Positions 1 to 12,515 of a DNA stretch of 64,000 nt are shown in pieces. Numbering within the stretch: position 1 is the stretch's first letter; the number at the start of each line of letters is the position of its first letter. Location: assembly GCF_018977255.1 (NCBI RefSeq), contig NW_024704742.1:95606001-95670000 (forward strand), in the 5' to 3' direction. Origin of the DNA: Callorhinchus milii (lineage: Eukaryota). Below the pieces are notes generated by a model. The model had not been told where the DNA came from, made no database searches, and saw nothing but the letters and a program-made list of their open reading frames with translations. Made by a program: the position numbers and the translations under genes.

Positions 1-439
1 AATCCCAGCAGAGCCTGATCATGTCTTCACTAGATATCTCAACATGTGCATTTTTCAACAGGGGCTGCTGAGCAGTGATCTGGAGCATGCCCTCCTCTAA
101 CCCAGGCAGGAGCATACATCTTTTACTTATTACCTTTGTGGGAGGGAGAGGTAAGTATTTGTGGAATACTGACTAATGCAGGTGCAATCCAAAAAGGGAA
201 TGTTTGTTCAATTTTGCTGTGTTTTTTGAAATGGATGTGGGAGACACATTCTTATAATAGTTGTGCGTGTTTGTGATTTTACAAAGGGTCGATTGCAACA
301 CAGCTTTATGAAGGCATGTGAGTATTTTGCTTCCTATGGATTCCCACACAACACGGCAATTCTTGATTCTTTTCGGTATTTACTGTGGTTTCCAGTGAGG
401 GAGCAAAGGTCAGAGAGCAGAGTGCAGAGCGCTGGTTTG

Positions 440-670
440 GTGCAGCTTGGCTCAACTGATAGCAGTCTGAACTCAGGGTCAGAAGGTCATAGATTCAGGC
501 CCCCAGGGATTTTAACTGATAGTCTGGACTGGTACTTTAGTGCAGTAATGGGAGTGATTGCTGCATTTTGGAGGTGCTGTCTTTGGATGAGACATTAAGC
601 TGAGGGCCCATTTACTTCTTCTTCAGATGGGTGTTAAAGATCACACAGCAGAATTCGAAAAGAGATGGAC
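440..670 (+). mobile_element. Deu-domain tRNA-derived SINE, old copy
   Basis: Degenerate tRNA-like head followed by the Deu-type block GGAGGTGCTGTCTTTGGATGAGACATTAAGCTGAGGGCCC...TTAAAGATC; homologous to copies at 12270, 36165, 45895 and 53300. Confidence 0.7.
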
Positions 671-2031
671 TCAACGAGGTAGGGCTTTATAATAATAATA
701 ATCCTTGCACCTTTCACTTTGTCGAGATGTCTCAAAGTGCTTCACAGGATGTGTGTGTGAATGAGTAGAACAGGCTTACTATAGATCTCAGGAAATCATG
801 ATTACTTGTTGCTCCATCCATGCTTCCTGGGTACAGTCTTGGACTCATTCATGAAAATCAACACAAAGAAAGATGGCGTGAAGCCTGAACCACAAAGAAG
901 AGATGTGAAGACAGATGTGAAGAGCAGTTAAAGTAAAAGACATTGAGCACTGTCATTTTATAGAATATAAATGTTCAGAATCCATTAAAAAATGCATAAA
1001 AATATGTTCACATCACACGTAACTTAATTTATAACTTAATTAACAATTTGGCACTGTTGGCGGCAGAAGCACTAATACTGATTCATCGAATGTCCCCGGG
1101 TTTGCATTTGTGATGCAGTTACAATCCTGAAATTCCAAGCCGTGCAACAAAAATTGCACAAATGATATTTTCAAACCTCTGGGTCTATTTCTGCACAAAA
1201 TCTGCTCTCTCTGTGCCGCAAGCGCTGTTTACAAACCAAATATTTGCTGTAGATTGCTGAGGTGGGACAAAATGAATTAAACAGATTTTAAAGTCCTCTC
1301 AAGTTATTAGGTATAAGCAGGGAACAGAATTGCCTGGATTACTAACATTCCTAGGTTACATTGTCCCATCTGTTGTGAAGATCACACAGCTGTTATCTCT
1401 TGTTTAGAGTATACTATTCCCTTGGAATATGCAGCAAAATAAATCCCGAAAACACTTCAGTGCGAATTGCACAATTTGATTGTAAGAGACTACTGTTTCT
1501 CATTGTCTCTTACAATGACACTGTGTGACACTGGCTGCTGTCCAAGCAAACTGACCTGTCATTGCAGAATGCACCACTGCCTTACACTCACTGCTCAATG
1601 GGACTGTCCTAAACTCTTCGTCAAGTTTAACCTAGCACTTGTACATAAAGAGCTGTGCTTGCAGCTGTGAATCAATAGTGCTAGTCAAAACCATAGTTGA
1701 GTGGGTTGTGCAGGAAGTTAATTGGTGTTATGGAAGTGTAACTGATATGTGAATCACTAACATGATGCATGTGAAGCACTAATGTGTTAAGACTGCTAAT
1801 AGATAATGATTAGCAGTTTGTGTTCACAATGTTGATAAAGTAGCAGGGTTTCAATGCTGCTGATCAATGTGTTTTCTACCTTGGCTTGTAATTGGGGCTG
1901 AACCTTGATGATTTTCACGTCAAAAGGATGTCCCAAAGAGCTTCACAGGATATACTGAAAAGTGCAGTGAATATGGTGTTTTATGGGCGAATATGGCAAC
2001 CAATTTGTGCAAATCAATGTCCCACAAACAT

Positions 2032-2356
2032 AATAATAATAATAATAATAATCCTTGCATTTGATATAGCGCTTTTCACGTCGGGAGGACGTCCCAAAGC
2101 GCTTCACAGAACACACTGTAAAGTGAATTGACTGTATATTTGTGGGCGAACGCGGCAGCCAATTGCGCACAGCAATGTCCCACAAACAGTCGTAGATTGA
2201 AAATGACCAATTTATTATTGTTTTTGTTTTTTGGAGGGATTATTATTAGGCGTGTGGAGTAAGGAAACTTGCCCAAGGTTTCGCCCTGCCTGGAATTGAA
2301 CTCAGGTCTCTTGCTTGCAAAGCGAGTGCTCTAACCACTGAGCTACAGGACTCCAC
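2032..2356 (-). mobile_element. Young tRNA-derived SINE with L2-type 3' tail
   Basis: On the - strand: A box TAGCTCAGTGG, B box GAGTTCAATTCC, CCTTGGGCAAGTTTCC block, stem-loop ACGTC-CTCCC-GACGT and (TTA)n tail; nearly identical to 49672-49992 and 56172-56489. Confidence 0.92.
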
Positions 2357-2401
2357 AATTGACCAATAATGACCAATTTTATTTGGGGAGATTTTGAGCT
2401 A

Positions 2402-2685
2402 GGGTGTTTACCTAGCAGTATGTAAGATCCAGGTTGTTAGTCGATTGGCGGATCACTTTCCAGGGGTAATAATCCCTTTATAAAAATAAAACTAATGATA
2501 ATAATAATTTGGTCACTCAATCCACAACTGTTTGTGGGACACTGCTGTACACAATTGGCTGCTGCGTTTTTCCCATAAAATATACAGTCAATTCACTTTA
2601 CAGAATATTCCGTGAAGCAACGCGATAAGACGCCTCAACAACGTGATATGACACTATATCACATGCAAGGATTAATGTTATTACT
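2402..2685 (+). mobile_element. Older subfamily of the same SINE, head missing
   Basis: Carries the GTTTACCTAGCAGTA...GTTAGTCGATTGGCGGATCACTTT segment and the same 3' body and tail as the young SINE. Confidence 0.75.
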
Positions 2686-5029
2686 TTCGAGTTCCAAGTC
2701 CCGACGTGGACTTTGAACCAACAAACTTCTAACTCAAAGGTGCGAGTGCTACCAATTTAGCCAGCGATGCACAAATTAAAAAATTCACTGTTGGAACCTT
2801 ACATTTTAAGACAAAAAGCTCTTACAAGCTAAGGCTGTGTGGAATTTCATGCATATAAATCCCATGGGGAAGAGGGAGTGAGGCTAATACATCAGCATGG
2901 ACAAGATGGAGCAATGATTGAAAAAAGCTGCACAGTGGCAAGGATTTCACAGTGTTTATCATTGGCTGAAATGAGTGAAGCTTTCTATTTTTATTTGAAG
3001 AAACATGTTTTTCAAAGCTGAGAATAAGTTAAAAAGTCAGCTCTGTAATGTTATGATTCTTGTAAATAAAGCATGCCTGTGTGTGTGGGGGGGGGGAGGG
3101 GCTGGTGGCAGGAGGACAAGAAGTGATGAGACTCACTGGTGGACAGCGGGTGTTGGGATGGCCGTGTGAACAGGTCGTTTGTCTATCCCTGGGAAAGGGG
3201 CCATCAAACTTGATGCAGTGCCATCTGGCAGGTAAGAGCCACTTCCAGTTAGTTTAGATTAATCTGAGTTGCTTGACATCACCCTTTGCTGGCTCGTGTG
3301 CTGTGCCCAGAATCCACAGTCGGGGCTACAGCTCTAGCCCAGGACCTGTCTCAGTGGCAACTCCTGTTTATTTGCTGCTTGTGACAGCTGAGCTTGCCCT
3401 CAGTACGTTAACACTGATATGAATTACTTTCAGTGAAATCACTTAACCTTATGTTTCTCTGTGTGCAGTTGCAAAGTAGCTCATTGATTTTTGAAGATCT
3501 GATGGGAAGTGCGCTGCCAACAGTCCTCAGCTCAAAGTGAGGACAGGTATGGGATAAGTGTGACTTTCTATCAGTGTGTCCTGGGGAATGATTGATTCAG
3601 TGAGGTGAACTCAGCCTTGAAGGACTGCAGTCTCAGTGAGCGACAGAATGTTTTGGTTTTCGTGTGATATTGTAGGTCATTTTTATTTTTTATTCTTTTT
3701 CCAATTTCTTCTTTTAAAGGAGGCAACTTGTCCTGGGTGTGCATCTACCATACCTATCGCAAGAGGTTGTCGATGGTGCGTGAGCCGGGACAGTATCATC
3801 AGGCTGTTTGACTGCAGGGGAAGAGGGACATCACAGTCAAGCAAGATCTGGCTCTCATTTGGCACTAAGTTCAGTGTAGCAAATGCTTCTTCCTCCTCCA
3901 CATCCCTGTGTTCTGACACAGAGTCAAATGATGAACCTTCCTGCTCTATGTGACTCAGTCCTACACCTGGTGCTGCATTTAACCACTGAGCCATGTACAA
4001 GAGACCCCAGGCGTTCTTTAAATAATCAAAAAGCTGAGCGCTGAACTCTGAAATTAGGGCATGAGACAAAGAGATAAAAATTGGGTTGGCGCGGACAAAT
4101 TGTGGTGATTGGTAGTTTTGCCCCAGTAGGATGGTGCTTGTATCAAGTGTCAAAGTGATTATGTCAGTGGAGTTGTGTTACTGGCACAAATCGCCGAGAG
4201 GTCCATTACGGGACAAAGGCACAAGATTGAAAGCAGAACAAAGTGAAGTCGTTGCAAGGCCAACATTCAGCCTGTGATGATGAGATGCAGGCGCCATATA
4301 ATTAGTCAATAAAATGTTGAACTACCCCCTGATGATTACTACATTTTTGAACTTTTCATGACTCTGGGAACGGTTTGCTCTGGTTATATAACCGCACCCC
4401 AGGGCGAGTGTAATGCTTATTTGTTTGTCTTTTTTGTGGGATACATTCCTCATGATTCTGCAGGCCGAGTCCTCAGGCCTCTGCCAATGGAACAAATCTT
4501 GTTTAAAAAATTTTGGTCGGCAAGAATTCCTGCCCAATGTCGAGAGACAGGAGGGTTTGCACAAGTGTGCGCAAGTAAGCTTTTGCCTCAATTATCCTTT
4601 CTGAGTCAACTATTGGAGAGCAAGTGGGGATGTGTGAAATGGTTTTCATTTGTCAGACTTATTATCTCCAGAGCAGCCTGCTCTGATAGTGTGAACTTTG
4701 CTTTGTCAGTTGAAGACTGTTTGCACCGGATAGTTTGTGTAACTCCCTCCTGTTGATTTAGGCAGACTCTGCTTGCAGTCTGCCTGTTGCCAGACAAGAA
4801 CAGTTCAACTAGGGCCCTGGCATATAGAAAGAGAAACAAGCAGCTCAAAAACCAAATGGTTTCCTCCAACGGGGCAATAGGATACACACTGCAAATATTA
4901 TTCCCAAAATTCGGATTTGATATAGGAATGATTGACGTCAGTTTTTAAAATCCTTTCCAAACTCTACCTCATTGTACAAACGTGCATTTCGAGAGCGCTC
5001 TGTTCTCTGGAAGCAAGATGGAAATACCA

Positions 5030-5370
5030 ACAATTTCTCTACTGGTGCTGGCTGCTCTCTGGTGCCTTGCTCAAGTTGCCATTCTTCATGCGTGAACCTT
5101 GAGAATGAATACTGACAGGCTTTGTGACTATGGGGAGAGATCCTGCCCTTGCCTGCTGTGTGCTTTCAAACAGGACTCCATGGATAGTGATGACTCATGA
5201 GGAGCAGATACAAAGATTGATTTTTCTTCCATTTCCCAACCCCAGGGGCCAATTGCAGTTCCTGGCTAAAGTCCACTCACTCAGCACAGACCAGGGATTG
5301 AACCTGAGGCTTTCCCACTCTGTACATTTTAGGTTCACACCAGGCTGTAGCTATGTCACTTGAGTCACTG
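5030..5370 (-). mobile_element. Ancient tRNA-derived SINE, a separate family
   Basis: B-box-like GGTTCAATCCC on the - strand followed by TGGTCTGTGCTGAGT; related fragments near 18160-18268, 47090-47135 and 61860-61935. Confidence 0.5.
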
Positions 5371-5497
5371 TTTATACTCAGTGAAGCTCCCAATATAACA
5401 TAGTATTGGGAACCCATAAAATATTAACCTGTGCTGTAGCGAGGCGCAATAGTGGATTTGATTGCAAGCGCACGGCTGGCCGGCTTACTCCCTGTTA

Positions 5498-6986
5498 CAA
5501 CAACAACAACAACAACAAGATTCCATTTATAGAGCGCCTTTCACGTCGGGAGGACGTCCCAAGGCGCTGTACAGTTGGGTCAGGACCCGAGCAGGGGGGA
5601 AATGGTCAGGGTGAGGGGAGGGAAGGGAGGGAGCGAGGAGGGGGTAGAGAGTCGAGAGGGGAGCTGAAGGCACGGTCAAAGAGAAAGGTCTTGAGATCGG
5701 CCTTGAAGGAGGAAAGGTAGGAGGCAAGGCGAAGGCACTGGGGGATAGAGTTCCAGAGCCTAGGGGCTGAGAGGCTGAAGGCCCGGCCACCGATGGTAGG
5801 GCGGTTGGGGCGGGGGATGTGGAGCAGACCGGAGCCAGAGGAACGGAGAGTACGGGCAGGTAGGTAGGGGGATAGTAGGTCGGAGATGTAGGAGGGAGCA
5901 AGGCCGTGAATGGCCTTGTAGGTGAGGATGAGGATCTTGAAATCGATCCTCTGGGGGATGGGGAGCCAGTGGAGGCGAGCGAGGGTGGGAGTGATGTGTT
6001 CCCAAAGCCTGGTGCGGGACAGTACACGAGCTGCAGAGTTCTGAATGACCTGCAGCTTGTGGAAGGAGGTGCCGGGAAGGCCGGCGAGGAGAGAGTTCCC
6101 ATAGTCCAGCCTTGAGGTGATAAAGGCGTGGACCAGAGTTTCAGCAGCGTGAGGGGTGAGGTAGTGCCGTAGTCTGGTGATATTCCGGAGGTGATGGAAG
6201 GCGGTGCCAGTTGTGGTGCAGATATGAGGGAGAAACGACAGCTCAGGGTCGAACAGAACCCTGAGGTTCCTGACTGGCTTTGAGAGGTGGAGAGTGCAGC
6301 CTTGGATGCTGATGCTGTCAGCGCCTGAGGTGCGGTGGCGTTGACGCGAGCCAATCAGGAGGGCCTCAGTTTTGCGCACGTTGAGCTGAAGAAAGTTGTC
6401 TCTCGTCCAGGACTTGATGTCGGACAGGCAGGCTATCAGGACATCGGTGGTCGTGGAGTTGAGGGTAGAGGAGGAAAGGTAGAGTTGGGTGTCATCCGCA
6501 TACATGTGGAAGTTAACCCCATGTCTGCAGATGATGTCACCAAGGGGGAGCATATAGAGGGTGAAGAGGAGGGGACCGAGGACAGAGCCTTGAGGGACAC
6601 GGCACGAGACAGTGCGGGGGGTGGAGGAAAAACCATTCGTGGAAACAAAGTGAAGAGGGTGGGAGAAGTACGACCTAAACCACTCAAGGACAGGGCCTTG
6701 AAGGTTGAGGTGGGAGTACAAGTGGTGGAGGAGGATAGCATGGTCGACCGTATCGAATGCTGCCGATAGGTCGAGGAGGACGAGGAGGCAGAGGGAGCCC
6801 TGGTCACAGATGGTCAGGATGTCATTGGTGACCTTGACCAGGGCAGTTTCTGTACTATGGGCAGCACGGAAACCCGACTGAAGCGGTTCGAATAGTGAAT
6901 GGTTGGAGAGGAAAGAGTGCAGCTGGGAGGCGACAACTCGTTCCAGGACCTTGGACAGAAAAGGGAGGTTGGAGATGGGCCGGTAG
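5498..6986 (-). mobile_element. L2-clade LINE, young 5'-truncated copy
   Basis: RT-coding region, 3' UTR stem-loop and (TTG)n tail; 3' end nearly identical to 18268-18697, 29106-29350 and 43643-44110. Confidence 0.95.
5606..6985 (-). CDS. L2 ORF2 fragment: reverse transcriptase and C-terminal region, no native start
   Basis: Open for 459 codons from YRPISNLPFLSKVLE through QSGFR, LLDLSAAFDTVDH, VPQGSVLGP, YADD (6502-6491), SRLDYGNSLL and LHWLP. The first 29 codons of the listed ORF are flanking DNA. Confidence 0.9.
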   Translation of the reverse strand, partial: YRPISNLPFLSKVLERVVASQLHSFLSNHSLFEPLQSGFRAAHSTETALVKVTNDILTICDQGSLCLLVLLDLSAAFDTVDHAILLHHLYSHLNLQGPVLEWFRSYFSHPLHFVSTNGFSSTPRTVSCRVPQGSVLGPLLFTLYMLPLGDIICRHGVNFHMYADDTQLYLSSSTLNSTTTDVLIACLSDIKSWTRDNFLQLNVRKTEALLIGSRQRHRTSGADSISIQGCTLHLSKPVRNLRVLFDPELSFLPHICTTTGTAFHHLRNITRLRHYLTPHAAETLVHAFITSRLDYGNSLLAGLPGTSFHKLQVIQNSAARVLSRTRLWEHITPTLARLHWLPIPQRIDFKILILTYKAIHGLAPSYISDLLSPYLPARTLRSSGSGLLHIPRPNRPTIGGRAFSLSAPRLWNSIPQCLRLASYLSSFKADLKTFLFDRAFSSPLDSLPPPRSLPSLPSP

Positions 6987-7084
6987 CTTGATAGATGCAA
7001 GATGTTTCCTGGGTAAAAAATTAAAACATTAAAAAATGGCCAACTAGTGTGGTATTGGGTCATTGCCAACATTGCTTTCTGTTT

Positions 7085-7290
7085 GCAGGAAATGATGCTG
7101 GTGGCAACCTGATGTCATGGAAGTCTGCCTTTATTTCACAGCAAGAGGTTAAATGGCCAACTTCTGGGTTATTAGGACACCACTGACATCACTTCATGCT
7201 TAATGTGTTGTGCAGCAAAGGAGGAAGTGACCCATTTTAGCTTCTCACTGTAAATGACAATATAAAGTTTCCACCAGCATCACTTGCTGC
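7085..7290. mobile_element. Degenerate palindromic element (MITE-like)
   Basis: GCAGGAAATGATGCTGGTGGCAACCT matches the reverse complement of AAGTTTCCACCAGCATCACTTGCTGC at 22/26; a second, inner inverted pair is also present. Confidence 0.55.
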
Positions 7291-7559
7291 CAGTTGGACA
7301 AACTGCTCAACAGAAGTGCAATAAAATATTCAATTTTGTACTTCCTACTTTCCCTATTCTTGCTTTCCAATTGATACTTCCTTAAGCTCGTCTAGCCCAT
7401 AGATTCTTTCAGAACAATTATGAGTAAATGCGCAGTTTCTAAAAGAAATCCAGGGAACCTTTGACAAAAGTATCAAATAAAATCTAAGCAATCTGTTAAA
7501 TTAGGTAATCTGTCGAATACCTAAATTAATAATTAATTACTTGCCTTGGAGGTGTTGCA

Positions 7560-7712
7560 GCGTAAATTTACCAGGGATGAAGGGGATGAGTTACGAGGAT
7601 AGGCTGAGCAATTTGGGCCTATATTCTCTAGAATATAGAAGAATTAGAGGGGATCTTATAGAAACCTCGAAGGGCCGAACGGCCTACTCCTGCTCCTACA
7701 TGTTATGTTATA
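7560..7712 (+). mobile_element. CR1-clade LINE 3' fragment, internally deleted
   Basis: Translates to LPGMKGMSYEDRLSNLGLYSLEYRRIRGDLIET (CR1 ORF2 C-terminus), then GGGCCGAACGGCCT hairpin and TATGT-type tail. Confidence 0.8.
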
Positions 7713-7717
7713 ATTGG

Positions 7718-8886
7718 GCTTCCTCCTGCAATGACCTATCCTCCTCGGTCACTCTTCTCCACAGCTCCCTCTGCTCCACTCTCGATTCCCTTGCTCCCTC
7801 ACTTCCCGAACCGTCTCCTACTCATGAAAGTCACCATGGTACACCAGCCACCTCTGCTCCCTTAAAGCACAGATGCGTGCTGCGGAATGCACTTGGATTA
7901 AATCAAACTTAACGGTCCATCGGCAGATCTGGCTGGACCTTATCAAATCTTACCGCACTGTCCTCACCTCCGCTAAATCGTCATTCTACTCCAAGAAAAT
8001 CTTGGAGGCCAAGGACAACCCCAGCTTCCTCTTCTCCATCTCCAACTGGGTCCTCCTCCCGCCCTCTCACTCCTCGCCCATCCTCACCTCCAATACCAAC
8101 TGCGAGGTGATGCTGGACTTCTTTGAATCCAAAGTCGAGGCGACGCCTCTGCCCTTCTCTCTACTACCCCCTCCCAATCTTCCCCTCACACCCCAGGCCC
8201 TACCCATCACTCCCTCCACACCTTTGAACCTGTCTCCTACTCCTCTCTAACCACCACTATAACCCCCAAGAAACCGACCACCTGCTCCCTTGACCCCATC
8301 CCTACCCCTCTCCTTACCTCCCAGCTCCACCTCCTTGCCCTTCTACTCACAGACATCATAAACCTTTCCCTGTCCACTGATACCATTCCCATCCCTTTAA
8401 AAAGTCCATCATCACTCCTATCCTTAAAATATCCTCCTTGTACCCATCCCTGCTCGCAAACTATTGCCCCATCTCCAACCTCCCTTTCCTCTACGAGGTC
8501 CTGGAGTGAGTTGTTGCTTCCCAGCTTCACTCCTTCCTCTCCCACCACTCCGTTCATAAACCCCTCCAATCGGGTTTCTGTGCCGCCCACAGCATAGAAA
8601 CAGCTCTGGTCAAAGTGACAAATGACATTCTGTCTATCTGCGACCAGGGCTCCCTCTGCCTCCTCATCCTCCCACCTCTCTGCTGCCTTTGACACCATTG
8701 ACCACTCTATCTTCATCTACCGCCCATACCCCATCTCAAGACCCTCCGCTTCGACCGTGTTTTCGATCTACCTGGTTCCCCCCCCACCTCCATCCTCCCC
8801 AATCCCAACCCCCAGGTCGGATCCAAAACACTGACTGTCCTCCCGATGTGAAAAGTGCTATAGAAATGTAACTTTGTTGTTGTTGA
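7718..8886 (+). mobile_element. L2 LINE fragment (linker and RT N-terminus joined to 3' tail)
   Basis: Collinear with 26125-27125; frameshifted; jumps near 8720 to a 3' UTR with stem-loop and (TTG)n. Confidence 0.88.
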
Positions 8887-8894
8887 TTAGGGTA

Positions 8895-9112
8895 ATTCTC
8901 TGGAATCCCTGAAAGCCTCTCCGACTTGCTCTTTTCCTCCTATCTTTCAAGGCATGTATCAAAACTAACCTCTTAGACCCCGCTTTCAATCATCATTTCC
9001 CGTGTCAACTCTTCGGCTCGCTCCCCCAGCTCAGGTTCCCATCCAGCTTTATGAAGCGCTTTGAGACATTCTCCAACATGAAAGGTGCTATATAAATGTA
9101 AATTGTATTGTA
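8895..9112 (+). mobile_element. Old L2 3' fragment
   Basis: CTCTGGAATCCC...GAAGCGCTTTGAGACATT...GAAAGGTGCTATATAAATGT, matching L2 3' ends elsewhere in the window. Confidence 0.65.
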
Positions 9113-9234
9113 TTCCGATTTCTCATTTGTAAAATTCATGGGATTATTGCGGGCAGTATTCACTATCATGTCTGAAAATTATTTGAATTTGTACATCATA
9201 GTAAGTTAACATCTTGAGAGTGCTTGTTAAACAA

Positions 9235-9565
9235 TAATCCTTGTATTTGCATATTCTTTCATCACGCAGCCAATTTGGATACACAATATTTCACCTTGAA
9301 GTGAATGGCCAATTTATCTGGGGGTTTGTTGCCTGAGACACTGGGAGAAACTCCCTTCTCTTTTCTAATAGTGCCATGGGATCTATACCATTCACCTGAA
9401 CAAGCAAATGGGACTGCTTTTATTTTGCTTCACCCAATGTACAACGTTTACAACAGAGCAGCACTCTACCAGCCCTTAAATTGGAGTATCACCTTAGCTT
9501 GTGAGCCCCAAATCCTGACATGGGGCTCAAACCCTTCTGACTATGGGGTGAGAGTGTTACCAATT
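9235..9565 (-). mobile_element. Deu-domain SINE, old copy
   Basis: Reverse complement matches the head, Deu block and tail of 53300-53710. Confidence 0.65.
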
Positions 9566-12269
9566 GAAGGGGAATGTCTAGGAATTTTTAAGAAACAGCG
9601 AGCAACAGTCCATTTCAGAAACACTTGGTTTCAGACGCAACCACTGGAAAACATTTGTGCTTTATTTTTATTTGTGAAACTATAATAATGAAAAGCAGAT
9701 GTATTATAATTTTATAACATTATGTTGGCCATCTTGTTATTGTGCCTCTTATATAAACATGATCAAATGTCTTGGAAGATTCTTCAGCAATGACGACAAT
9801 GCCCCTGCAGTAATAAAACAAGTCTGTTATTTCTGCAGTGGGGACTTGATGCCCCACACTTTCTTTTGTGGTGGGGGTGGGGTGGGGGGGTGGGGGGGGT
9901 AAGGTAGGCCTGATTCAGACCGAGCTTTCATCTCCACTAAAAATAAAACAAAATTCAATACATTTAGGAAAAGGTCATGTCTACATGCTAAAGACAAAAC
10001 AAATGCCTGGTTGCCTTCAACTTTAGAGGGCAGTGCTGTCCAACAATTCTGCGTCTCTACACTATAAGAACTTGCAACAGTGTTGTTGAGCTCTGAATCC
10101 ACCCCTACACCCTTCATGTGCAAAGGCACCGGATCAGTAAATCAACATCAGGAGATTTTCTTTTGTTCTTAAGAAAAAACAAAAAATATTTCTCAAGTTA
10201 CAATCTAAATGGGATTGCCGTGAAAAATAAATCAGGACTTTGAATACAGGCATTGACTTTAATGTGAGCTTGGGACAATGACACAATTCATAAGATTTTA
10301 CATTATGTACCAGGTGCCATTACAGACGTAATAACGTTGAGTATTTTATAGTGGACAACAGAAGAAACAATAAGGGGCCAGGGGTTATTCTGCTCCGTGC
10401 TCTCGTGTTGCACATTCACAGTTGTGGTCTAAGCATATTCTCCAATAAATTTTGCCAATTTGTTCCCGTACACTTATAACTCTAATGCAATTTTTAAAGC
10501 ATTTCATTTTATGACTAAGGCTTCAAATTCGTCCTTGTTTCTCTTGCTGAGTTGCTCCCCAGTGCTTCAAATGTGCCATTGAAGATAAGGTGACTCGAAC
10601 TACTGTGCATACAATATTCCAAATGTGATGTCTATTGAAAGCAGGAATAACCTCTTCCAGCTTAAAGACATTTTGAACAAGATGTCAGATGAAAAGACTA
10701 ACAAATGAATGTATGAATCATGAATTCAGAGCTTTATATGATCCAGGTCTTTTAACTCTAAAAACACAGAACTGAAGGATATATGTTTGAAATTAACAGA
10801 AATTACAGCAATTTATATATGGATAGACTCCTAACACAACTAATAGATATTGTATCAATAAGTGCCATTTTCAAATATCCTCTTAAGAGCAGCAGTGAAA
10901 TAGAAATAGATACAGAATAATACGACCAAATATTCCACATGAGGCCACAGGAAACTTTCATACTGACGGCAGCAAAACAAATTAAATCCAAACTCTTGAT
11001 AATAAAATGTACAAATGTATCAGTTTACCAAACTTAAAGTGTACAACTCAAACCCTTTTATTTCACATACAAGCAGTGAGCTTCCAACCTTCCTGTAAAG
11101 GTTATGAAGAAGAGCATTAGCAGTATCCATGAACATATGCACTTCATAAAGTTATCTGGGATTTAATAAAGAAGCAGCACCCGCTGCCTTCAGGCATCAT
11201 GCTCTTCAGAATTATCTTCAGTACATTTAAATGGAAGGCAGTCATATCACTGTCAGGTTTGTAGGCAGATAAAATAATGTCAGGGTCCCCATCTTCATTT
11301 GGGAACTTTGAAATTTACCTGTTGTTAATCTATGTCTTATCATCATGACTCCAGTCAACTTGACTGCTATTAATAGGTAATGTGATCACAACAAACGGAG
11401 CCTACCTCATGTTTTTGAAACATAATTTAATGTAGGACTTTCTATTATTTTACGTACAGCATTAGTCCTAAACAAAAATGGGATGGGATGGGCAGGGCAG
11501 GACGGGGGAGAATATGTGATATGTGATATGTAATAAATATCCCGTAACATGCATTTTCCACCCTGTAAGTTTTGAAAATGACACCGTCAACTTAATCTGA
11601 AACTTCAGCTGAGATATTTTTATTTTATTTAAAGAATTACACTAACTGTATTGGGTGCAGAAGTTCAGTATAGGAGGTAATTTAAGCAATAAATGGTTAG
11701 TAACATTTGACAGGTATTTAGAACCTGTAGGAGATGCAGCTGATATATCAGCTAGCTCTGGGGAACTGTTAATCATTCACAGTTTTCTCAGATTTAATTT
11801 GTGATGAAAAATGAAGCATAGGCAGACATCAAAACGCTTCTCAAGATGACGGATTTCTCCTTATTTTTCATGCACCAGTAGCGCTCTCTAATGCACCATG
11901 TTTAGCATAAGGTTTCCTGTGTAAAATACCCACTCCAGCACACTTCATTAAAAGACATTTTGCATAGGCCTCAAAAACAGCCTAATGACTGACAAAAACA
12001 TTTTGTTTTGCCAGCTTTATCCTCATTTAGGAATTCTTCTTGTTGAAAATGTGAATGAATAATATTCCGCTTTATAATGCAGATTGTCAATGTCACTATA
12101 ATTAACTACATGGAGAATATCTAACCAATGTACCAATAAAGGTGTTTTTTCCAGTCTGACATTAGAATTTCTATGTTATGTGTTAAGTCTACATGATATC
12201 ATTACTAAGTACTGTGTAATTCTGCAGATTAAAAGGTCTCACATGCACTGTTTATATGTTACAAACTAG

Positions 12270-12515
12270 GGTGTCAGCCAGGCTCAGTTGGGAGCACACC
12301 CACCTCTGAGTAAGAAAGTTTGGGTTCAAGTCTCATGGCGGGACTCTGAACTCACAGTCTAGGCTGACACTCCAATGCAGTGCTTGGATGTGCTATATTG
12401 TTGGAGGTGCCATTTTTTGTATGAGGCAATAAAGTGAGTTCCCGCTTACTTGTTCAGGTGCATATTAAAGATTCCATGGCAGTAATTTAAAAAAGGTAGT
12501 TTTTGGCACCTTGGC
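12270..12515 (+). mobile_element. Deu-domain SINE, old copy
   Basis: GGCTCAGTTGG A box, GGGTTCAAGTC B box, TTGGAGGTGCC...ATTAAAGATTCCATGGCA Deu block. Confidence 0.75.

Noticed and set aside
3218..3231. CTCF-like motif CTGCCAGATGGCAC on the - strand
   Set aside because: A single imperfect match is expected by chance in 64 kb and cannot be supported without binding data.
3683..4887. Cluster of 90-156 aa ORFs in unique sequence
   Set aside because: No recognisable domain, ORFs on both strands overlap, and there is no consistent exon structure.
5527..6807. Long overlapping ORFs (275 aa, 144 aa, 123 aa) around the L2 RT
   Set aside because: Alternative-frame and antisense shadows of the GC-rich L2 ORF2, giving low-complexity S/P/T or G/E/V products.
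9870..9900. G-run tract with G-quadruplex potential
   Set aside because: Simple poly-G low complexity, with similar tracts at ~3087, 19050 and 63825; nothing indicates function.
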